Assembly: GCA_050331235.1 (NCBI GenBank)
Contig: JBHJHA010000053.1
Location: 1 to 64,000, forward strand
Source: Leptolyngbyaceae cyanobacterium
GTDB lineage: Bacteria; Cyanobacteriota; Cyanobacteriia; Phormidesmidales; Phormidesmidaceae
Length of the DNA: 64,000 bases
Direction: 5' to 3'
The translations under genes were made by a program, and so were the position numbers. How positions within the stretch are numbered: the stretch's first letter is position 1; each line of letters begins with the position of its first letter. Below are positions 56,927 to 64,000 of the stretch, one piece after another. Under the pieces are notes generated by a model. The model did no database searches and was not told where the DNA came from. It saw only the letters and a list, made by a program, of their open reading frames with translations.

Positions 56927-57181
56927 ATGCCAAGAACACCCAGCGAATATATTGTGCACATGCTGTTTGATGGCGGTCACCATCAAGAGGTCAAGTTCTC
57001 CACGATCCAGGATTTTCAGAAGTGGTACAGTTCAGAGCTGATGCCCAAGCAGTCAGACGATGCGTTCATCAACGTTCCCATTCCCAAAATCAATCCGGGT
57101 GAATATATGGTGATTCGGCCTTCACGGCTCTTGGCCATTCGCGTCGAGCCTGTGTTTAGCTCCAGTGTCGAACGGTTTTAA
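56927..57181 (+). CDS. Small cyanobacterial hypothetical protein, translationally coupled to mltA
   Basis: GGAG RBS; MPRTPSEY...FQKWYS...IRVEPVFSSSVER; TAATG stop/start overlap. Confidence 0.7.
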   Translation: MPRTPSEYIVHMLFDGGHHQEVKFSTIQDFQKWYSSELMPKQSDDAFINVPIPKINPGEYMVIRPSRLLAIRVEPVFSSSVERF

Positions 57182-58398
57182 TGATTCGCTATCAACCAAT
57201 GGGCTCAGCCTGCTTGGGAATTGCCATCGCCAGCTTGCTATTGACCACGGTAGCTGAGGCGCATGCCGATAGCGGTTTAGCTGGGACAGTCACCCCAGCA
57301 GAGCCGCCCGCAGATCTGCCCACGACGATCTTGCGACCTGTGGGCTGGCCACCGGCCCTTGCCGCAGGAAACTGGAATGCTGAAGACGAGGCAACTGCCC
57401 GGCAGCAATTGTTGACTGCTACGGCCCATAGTGTGGCCTATCTCAATACGTCAGAAGCCGCGGCTGCCTATGAGGATTATCCAGTTAAAGGCGTGACCCG
57501 CATTCGGGTCCTCCGCAGTGTTTTACGGTTTCGCTCACTGCTGTTGACCGCTGATTCATTAGCCGCGTTTAACCGCGCCGTTCAGCAGGAGTTTGAGCTA
57601 TACCAAACCGTTGGTTACGATGGCGCAGGTACGGTTCATTTTACTGGCTACTTTGAGCCCTCGTATACTGCCAGCCGAGTTCGTACTGAGGAGTTTCGCT
57701 ATCCGCTGTATCGTCGCCCGGCTGACCTTGACGATTGGGCGCTACCCCACCCTACCCGCGTAGAGCTAGAGGGCAAGGATGGCCTAGTCAGCGATCGCGG
57801 TCCCTTGCAGGGGCTGGAACTCGTGTGGATGCGCGATCGCCTCGAAGCCTTTTTGGTGCAGGTGCAGGGCTCAGCCCGGCTCCAACTCACCGATGGCACT
57901 ACGATGTCTGTGGGCTATGCCGGGCGGACTGATTATGACTATGTCAGTATTGGGCGAGAGTTGATCAAAGATGGTCGTGTATCGGCTGAGGGCATGTCGC
58001 TGCAGCGGCTACTCGATTTCTTTGCGGCTAATCCGGCAGCACTCGACGACTATTTGCCGCGCAACGATCGCTTCGTCTTTTTTCGGGAAACAGCGGGCGG
58101 TCCGCCTACAGGCACATTTTCGTTCCCCGTCACGGCGGGCTACTCCATCGCGATGGACAAGTCCCTAATGCCACCAGGGGCGATCGCGCTGATCAACCTC
58201 GACTGGCCGATGCAAACCACTAGCGGTGACTGGCAGACACAGCAGGCCAATCGCTACGTGCTCAATCAGGATACAGGCGGAGCCATTCTGGGGCCGGGCC
58301 GGGCCGACATCTTCATCGGCACTGGAGATGCCGCCGGTGAACAAGCTGGGCGAGTTAACACCGACGGCAGCCTCTACTTTTTACTGCTCAAGGACTGA
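57181..58398 (+). CDS. mltA: MltA-family lytic transglycosylase
   Basis: FTGYFEP, VQVQGS, YVSIG, QDTGGAI, ADIFIGTG. Confidence 0.92.
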   Translation: MIRYQPMGSACLGIAIASLLLTTVAEAHADSGLAGTVTPAEPPADLPTTILRPVGWPPALAAGNWNAEDEATARQQLLTATAHSVAYLNTSEAAAAYEDYPVKGVTRIRVLRSVLRFRSLLLTADSLAAFNRAVQQEFELYQTVGYDGAGTVHFTGYFEPSYTASRVRTEEFRYPLYRRPADLDDWALPHPTRVELEGKDGLVSDRGPLQGLELVWMRDRLEAFLVQVQGSARLQLTDGTTMSVGYAGRTDYDYVSIGRELIKDGRVSAEGMSLQRLLDFFAANPAALDDYLPRNDRFVFFRETAGGPPTGTFSFPVTAGYSIAMDKSLMPPGAIALINLDWPMQTTSGDWQTQQANRYVLNQDTGGAILGPGRADIFIGTGDAAGEQAGRVNTDGSLYFLLLKD

Positions 58399-58403
58399 AG
58401 TGA

Positions 58404-58940
58404 CTAATCCATTGGGATATAGGTCGGTGTGACATTGACTGGCCGATAACCCGCCGCAATGCAGCTGGCTAGGGCTTCATCAGTGGTGTATCCGATTTCA
58501 GCCGCAATCCCCGTCACACAGGCGGCATAGCGCTCTGGCAAAATTGTGCGATGGCAGTGGTCAAGCACCGCAGTGGAATCATCCACAACCAAGTCAGTAT
58601 GAATATCTGCAACGCAGGTGGACACCTCATCGGGGCGGCGATCGCGACTACAGGCCGACAGGGCCGCTTCGGTGGTCACTGAGGCCGCAGACAAAACGCC
58701 GGAGACGCAGTCAGCGACTTCTGTCGGTTGGTAGGCAGTGCCACAGGCGATCGCTGCCGCATCGTCATCAACCCCTACAGCCAATAGCTCATCGGCACAC
58801 TCCGCATAGTTGTAGTCGATGACCTGAGCCTGGGCAGACACCGCCATTAACGGCAGCGTCCCTGCGGCTAGTAGCGCGCTAGCTGCAAACGGTATCACCG
58901 ACCACTGGAAAAGTTCGACAGACCGAGAAGAATGAATCAT
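58404..58940 (-). CDS. Secreted Cys-rich helical-repeat hypothetical protein
   Basis: Signal peptide ending AQA; 8 periodically spaced Cys. Confidence 0.7.
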   Translation of the reverse strand: MIHSSRSVELFQWSVIPFAASALLAAGTLPLMAVSAQAQVIDYNYAECADELLAVGVDDDAAAIACGTAYQPTEVADCVSGVLSAASVTTEAALSACSRDRRPDEVSTCVADIHTDLVVDDSTAVLDHCHRTILPERYAACVTGIAAEIGYTTDEALASCIAAGYRPVNVTPTYIPMD

Positions 58941-59156
58941 GACGGATGATTAACGGATTTATCAGTTAGTTAACGGTCAAATAAGCCTTGCCAGCAAAAA
59001 TTAAGGCTAATTTACGATTGTTTGAGGTCTTTACAATAGAAACCTCCCCCTTATTCCACCAAAATCTGACCTCTCTGGAATGAGTGCTGAGGATCTAATC
59101 TTCTACAGTAGAAGATAGCCTATACGTTGCCTAAGTAAATCTGAGGGTATCTCGCT

Positions 59157-61079
59157 ATGCATCTGAGTGACATAACTCACCCGAACCAGCTTCACGGTTT
59201 GTCGATTCATCAACTAGAACAAATTGCTCGCCAAATTCGAGAAAAGCATTTGGAAACCGTTGCCACCAGTGGCGGTCATTTAGGGCCCGGTTTGGGGGTT
59301 GTAGAACTGACATTGGCACTCTACCAGACCCTCGATCTCGATCGCGACAAAGTTGTTTGGGATGTTGGGCACCAAGCCTATCCCCACAAGCTCATTACTG
59401 GTCGCTATAACGATTTCCATACCCTCCGCCAAAAGGATGGCGTGGCGGGATATCTTAAGCGCTCTGAAAGCAAGTTTGACCACTTTGGCGCGGGGCATGC
59501 CTCCACTAGCATTTCCGCTGCGCTGGGAATGGCTCTGGCCCGAGATCTACAAGGGGATGATTTCAAAGTGGCGGCCATTATTGGTGATGGCGCTCTGACT
59601 GGCGGTATGGCGCTGGAAGCGATTAACCACGCCGGTCATTTACCCCACACCCGGTTGCTGGTGGTGCTCAATGATAATGAAATGTCAATTTCCCCCAATG
59701 TGGGAGCCATTCCCCGATATCTCAACAAGATGCGGTTAAGTCCGCCGATGCAATTCCTCACTGACAACTTAGAGGAACAGTTCAAGCAGCTACCTTTCCT
59801 CGGTGAGTCGTTGACCCCCGAATTGAGCCGGGTCAAGGAAGGCATGAAACGACTGGCTGTGCCTAAAGTGGGTGCCGTTTTTGAAGAGCTTGGTTTTACC
59901 TACATGGGCCCAGTGGATGGTCATAACCTGGCGGAGCTAATCAACACCTTTGACGAAGCTCATAAGATCGAAGGCCCAGTCTTGGTGCATGTCGCTACGG
60001 TCAAAGGCAAGGGCTATGCGATCGCCGAAGAAGACCAAGTTGGCTATCATGCTCAAAATCCCTTCGACCTGGCTACTGGTAAGGCCAAGCCTTCTAATAA
60101 GCCCAAGCCACCAAAGTATGCCAAAGTCTTTGGCAATACCCTAACTAAAATTGCGGAAGACAACCCCAAGGTCATCGGCATCACCGCTGCCATGGCTACC
60201 GGCACCGGACTCGACATTCTCTGCAAAAAACTTCCTAAGCAATACATTGATGTTGGGATTGCTGAGCAACATGCCGTCACCCTCGCGGCTGGGTTAGCTG
60301 CGGAAGGCATGCGTCCAGTTGCCGCGATTTACTCAACGTTTCTGCAGCGAGCCTTTGACCAGATTATTCATGACGTGTGTATCCAGAAGCTCCCTGTCTT
60401 TTTCTGTCTTGATCGGGCTGGTATCGTTGGGGCTGATGGACCAACCCATCAAGGGATGTACGATATCGCCTATCTGCGATCGATTCCTAACATGGTACTC
60501 ATGGCTCCCAAGGACGAAGCTGAGCTCCAGCGAATGATCGTCACAGGCATCGACTATACAGCAGGCCCTATTGCGGTTCGGTATCCTCGGGGTAATGGGG
60601 TTGGGGCTCCGCTTATGGAAGAAGGCTGGGAGCCACTGCCCATTGGCAAAGCTGAAGTGCTACGCCATGGCGATGATGTGCTCATTCTGGGCTATGGGTC
60701 GATGGTCTACCCTGCAATGCAAACTGCTGAAATTCTCAGTGAGCATGGCATTCAAGCTACCGTGGTGAATGCGCGCTTTGCTAAGCCAATCGATGAAGAA
60801 CTCATTTTGCCTTTGGCCAGCCAGATTGGCCGTGTGGTCACGCTGGAGGAAGGGTGCACGATTGGTGGTTTTGGTAGTGGTGTTGCGGAAGCTGTGTTGG
60901 ACGCGCAAATTCCTGCTCAAGTGATGCGTCTTGGTGTTCCCGATGTTTTAGTAGATCACGCGACTCCTGACCAGGCAAAGGTGGGCATTGGGCTGACTCC
61001 GTCCCAAATGGCAGACAGCATTCTGCAAAAGTTTAATCTGCAGGAATTGACTGTCGCCAAGCTACAGCAAACCAGCTAG
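59157..61079 (+). CDS. dxs: 1-deoxy-D-xylulose-5-phosphate synthase
   Basis: [51 protein letters not shown]. Confidence 0.97.
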   Translation: MHLSDITHPNQLHGLSIHQLEQIARQIREKHLETVATSGGHLGPGLGVVELTLALYQTLDLDRDKVVWDVGHQAYPHKLITGRYNDFHTLRQKDGVAGYLKRSESKFDHFGAGHASTSISAALGMALARDLQGDDFKVAAIIGDGALTGGMALEAINHAGHLPHTRLLVVLNDNEMSISPNVGAIPRYLNKMRLSPPMQFLTDNLEEQFKQLPFLGESLTPELSRVKEGMKRLAVPKVGAVFEELGFTYMGPVDGHNLAELINTFDEAHKIEGPVLVHVATVKGKGYAIAEEDQVGYHAQNPFDLATGKAKPSNKPKPPKYAKVFGNTLTKIAEDNPKVIGITAAMATGTGLDILCKKLPKQYIDVGIAEQHAVTLAAGLAAEGMRPVAAIYSTFLQRAFDQIIHDVCIQKLPVFFCLDRAGIVGADGPTHQGMYDIAYLRSIPNMVLMAPKDEAELQRMIVTGIDYTAGPIAVRYPRGNGVGAPLMEEGWEPLPIGKAEVLRHGDDVLILGYGSMVYPAMQTAEILSEHGIQATVVNARFAKPIDEELILPLASQIGRVVTLEEGCTIGGFGSGVAEAVLDAQIPAQVMRLGVPDVLVDHATPDQAKVGIGLTPSQMADSILQKFNLQELTVAKLQQTS

Positions 61080-61174
61080 TCAAAACCCAGATGGCCGCCA
61101 GATAAGCTGTTGCTAGATAGTCTGATGCCGGGCGGCACTTTTGCCAGCTTGAATATGAACAGGGATTTTGGATA

Positions 61175-61560
61175 CATCAGTAACTCCCGCCCCGCTACGG
61201 AGGTGAGCTCGGCGGACAGGGTGGGAGCCACTGATTTTAACGGAAAATCCACCCCCAGCCTCCAAGGCGGGAAAATCCGCTACCCTAATGACTGTTTTAC
61301 TTTGAGATTTGCTGAAGCCGAACTGCTGTGAATTCAGCCCTGGACTTTGCTTGGATTAGGACTCACTTGCAGGACGTCTCCTTCGTCAATTCACTCGGTC
61401 CTGCTTCCTCCCTTCGGCGGGGCCTGATCGTTGGACAGGGTTACCGAGGTGCGTGAACTCTGATCTTCAACTCACGGCAGCGTCATCACACCCGCAGGGT
61501 TATGGTTCAGAGGTTTCCGAAGGATCTTTGGGCACTGGAGTGTCACTGTCATTTGACTTT
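61175..61560 (-). mobile_element. Truncated group II intron-like RNA (domain I-III region; no IEP, no DV/DVI)
   Basis: Motif order on the minus strand matches my recollection of the RNA upstream of cyanobacterial intron RT genes; several hairpins verified by eye. Confidence 0.6.
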
Positions 61561-61579
61561 GAGAGTTTGATATTCCGGC

Positions 61580-61622
61580 AAAAATAAAGAGGCTGCCCAA
61601 GATCAGCAATCTCAGACAACCT
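61580..61622 (-). terminator. Probable intrinsic terminator for glgP
   Basis: Minus strand AGGTTGTCTGAGAT-TGCTG-ATCTTGGGCAGCCT followed by CTTTATTTTT. Confidence 0.65.
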
Positions 61623-61667
61623 GTGGTTTGGTTTAGTAGGAGGAACCGGGAACGAAAACTGTTGGTA

Positions 61668-61695
61668 AGTCAACGCGCCGTAGCTAACGTTGACT
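61668..61695. other. Hairpin immediately 3' of the glgP stop
   Basis: AGTCAACG...CGTTGACT 8-bp inverted repeat. Confidence 0.5.
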
Positions 61696-61708
61696 CCTTG
61701 GTCTGGGC

Positions 61709-64000
61709 TTAGACCTCTAAAGATGCCGTTGACTGATCATATTCAGGCACTTCCACTGGTAAGGGCTCAACCTTCCAGATATCGGAGCAATATTCCCGAA
61801 TAGAGCGATCGCTAGAGAACTTACCTGTACGAGCGGTATTCAAGATAGACATGCGAGTCCAGTTGTCCTGATCTCGGTAGGCCGCACTGACGCTGTCTTG
61901 ACAGTCAATGTAGGACTGATAGTCAGCTAGTAGGATAAATGGATCATGGTGCAGAAGATTGTCCGTCAATGGTTGGAACAGCTCGGTATCGCCATGGGAA
62001 AAATGCCCTGAATTGACAAGGTCAATAACGCGCTTCAGCGCTTCGTTGCTGTTGTAATAATCCCAGGGGTTGTACCCGTTAGCCTTGAGTTCGACTACTT
62101 CAGGAGTCTTGAGACCAAACAAGAAGAAGTTTTCGTGGCCGACTTCGTCACGGATCTCGATATTGGCACCGTCTAAAGTACCAATGGTGAGCGCCCCATT
62201 CATGGAGAACTTCATGTTGCCGGTACCGGAGGCCTCTTTACCGGCAGTGGAAATTTGCTCAGACAGCTCTGCAGCAGGATAAACGCGCTGACCAAAGGTG
62301 ACGTTGTAGTCAGGCAAGAACACTACCTTGAGGCGATCGCGCACGTCGGGATCATTATTCACCACCTCACCAACAGAGGTCACAAACTTGATCATCAACT
62401 TGGCCATGGTATAGCCGGGGGCTGCCTTGCCGCCAAAGATAAAGGTCCGGGGAACGATATCGGTATCCGGATTTTCCTTGAGGCGGTTATACAGCGTGAT
62501 GATATGGAGCACATTCAGATGCTGACGCTTGTACTCGTGAATCCGCTTGACCTGGACATCAAACATAGACTCAGGATTGGTCAAAATCCCCGTCCGATTG
62601 CGGATATGGTTAGCCAAGTCACGCTTGATGGAAAGCTTGATTTCGCGCCACTCATGGCGGAAGCCCGGATCGTCGGCATAGCCCTCAAGCCCGCGTAAAT
62701 CCTCTAAGTGCTTAATCCAGTTATCGCCGATTTTGCTGGAAATAAGGTTGCTGAGGCGGGGATTGCTCTGCACCATCCAACGACGCGGGGTGACCCCATT
62801 GGTTTTATTGTTGAACTTCTCTGGCGAGAGCTCATAAAAGTCTTTGAGGATAGTGGACTTCACTAACTCTGTGTGCAGTGCGGCTACGCCATTAATCGAG
62901 TAGCTACCTACACAGGCTAGGTTAGCCATGCGGACTGAGCGGCCACCGCTCTCATCAATTAAGGAAAGCCGAGCCAAATGCCCCTCATCCCCCATAAACT
63001 TCAGTCGGACCTGATCAAGGAACCGGCTGTTGATTTCATAGATGATTTCTAAATGGCGCGGCAAAATGCGGCCAAACAAATCCACTGACCACTTTTCTAA
63101 GGCCTCTGGCAACAGCGTGTGGTTAGTAAAAGCAAAGGTCTGGCGAGTGACAGTCCATGCATTATCCCACTGCATATAGTGCTCGTCGACCAAGAGGCGC
63201 ATCAGCTCAGCGACACCGATCGCTGGGTGAGTGTCATTGAGTTGAACGGCAAACTTCTCATGGAAGGAGTCCAACCGACGACCACTCGCTAGGTGAATAC
63301 GGATCATATCTTGCAGGGCACAAGACACAAAGAAGAACTGCTGCATTAGTCGCAGTTCCTTACCCTGCACCTGCTCATCGTTGGGGTAAAGTACCTTGCT
63401 GATGTTTTCAGAAACAATCTTCTGATCCACCGCGCCGTAGTAGTCGCCGACGTTGAAGGTCTGAAAATCAAAGGACTCAGGAGCTTCTGACTTCCACAAT
63501 CGGAGGGTGTTGACGGTGTTGACCTGATAGCCCGAGATAGGCGTGTCGTAGGGGATGCCCTTGACGATTTGGTCAGGAACCCAGCGCACCTGGTAACGGC
63601 CCTGGTTATCGACGTAGTGTTCGGTATGGCCGCCAAACTTAATCGTGACGGCAAAGCTTGGCCGAGCAATTTCCCAAGGGTTGCCAAACTGCAGCCATTT
63701 ATCCGTCATTTCGACCTGCCAGCCGTCTTTGATATCTTGGTCGAAGATGCCAAATTCGTAGCGGATGCCGTAGCCGATCGCCGGGATCTGCAAACTTGAT
63801 AACGAATCCATGTAGCAGGCAGCAAGGCGACCGAGACCGCCATTGCCAAGGCCGGGCTCTTCTTCTTGGTTGACGAGCTTACCGTAGTCGAGACCTGACT
63901 CTTGGACGGCTTGACTAACGTGATCTTTGATCCCCAGGTTGATCAGGTTGTTTTCTAAATGGGGGCCGAGCAAAAACTCCGCAGAAAGGTAAGAGACAAC
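61709..64000 (-). CDS. glgP: Glycogen phosphorylase (5' end outside the window)
   Basis: Frame open to the window edge ([12 protein letters not shown]); [37 protein letters not shown]. Confidence 0.97.
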   Translation of the reverse strand, partial: VVSYLSAEFLLGPHLENNLINLGIKDHVSQAVQESGLDYGKLVNQEEEPGLGNGGLGRLAACYMDSLSSLQIPAIGYGIRYEFGIFDQDIKDGWQVEMTDKWLQFGNPWEIARPSFAVTIKFGGHTEHYVDNQGRYQVRWVPDQIVKGIPYDTPISGYQVNTVNTLRLWKSEAPESFDFQTFNVGDYYGAVDQKIVSENISKVLYPNDEQVQGKELRLMQQFFFVSCALQDMIRIHLASGRRLDSFHEKFAVQLNDTHPAIGVAELMRLLVDEHYMQWDNAWTVTRQTFAFTNHTLLPEALEKWSVDLFGRILPRHLEIIYEINSRFLDQVRLKFMGDEGHLARLSLIDESGGRSVRMANLACVGSYSINGVAALHTELVKSTILKDFYELSPEKFNNKTNGVTPRRWMVQSNPRLSNLISSKIGDNWIKHLEDLRGLEGYADDPGFRHEWREIKLSIKRDLANHIRNRTGILTNPESMFDVQVKRIHEYKRQHLNVLHIITLYNRLKENPDTDIVPRTFIFGGKAAPGYTMAKLMIKFVTSVGEVVNNDPDVRDRLKVVFLPDYNVTFGQRVYPAAELSEQISTAGKEASGTGNMKFSMNGALTIGTLDGANIEIRDEVGHENFFLFGLKTPEVVELKANGYNPWDYYNSNEALKRVIDLVNSGHFSHGDTELFQPLTDNLLHHDPFILLADYQSYIDCQDSVSAAYRDQDNWTRMSILNTARTGKFSSDRSIREYCSDIWKVEPLPVEVPEYDQSTASLEV

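Noticed and set aside
61400..61432. SRP RNA-like TCAGG...GGAAGCAG on the minus strand
   Set aside because: Loop length and flanking stem do not fit SRP domain IV; better explained as part of the intron-like element.

Overview
Mostly housekeeping chromosome of a cyanobacterium. Evidence: dense HIP1 octamers (GCGATCGC), psbX, a cikA-like kinase, a group-2 sigma factor, bioU and ValRS with a CAAD insert. GC appears moderately high by eye; a filamentous Leptolyngbya/Nodosilinea-like host is inferred. About 50 CDS, including psbX, dusB, sigD-like, proS, cobN, ftsY, nusB, lysC, fbaA, the ycf35/fed7 operon, bioU, an ATP-dependent ligase, ligA, queF, valS, pepA, slt, rodZ, tatC, mltA, dxs and partial glgP, plus tRNA-Lys(TTT). 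No CRISPR array, prophage or intact defence system was seen. Main oddities: (1) a ~390-nt structured non-coding element between dxs and glgP that resembles the 5' part (domains I-III) of a cyanobacterial group II intron but lacks the splice ends, IEP and domain V; (2) two otherwise intact genes with single in-frame stops (adenylate cyclase, DUF2997), plus several one-base deviations in conserved motifs, suggesting possible sequence error; (3) a long RluA with a possible Zn-binding deaminase-like N-terminal domain directly behind queF; (4) several genes missed by the ORF track (psbX, DUF2997, an IS630-like N-terminus). All family assignments come from recalled motifs, not database searches.
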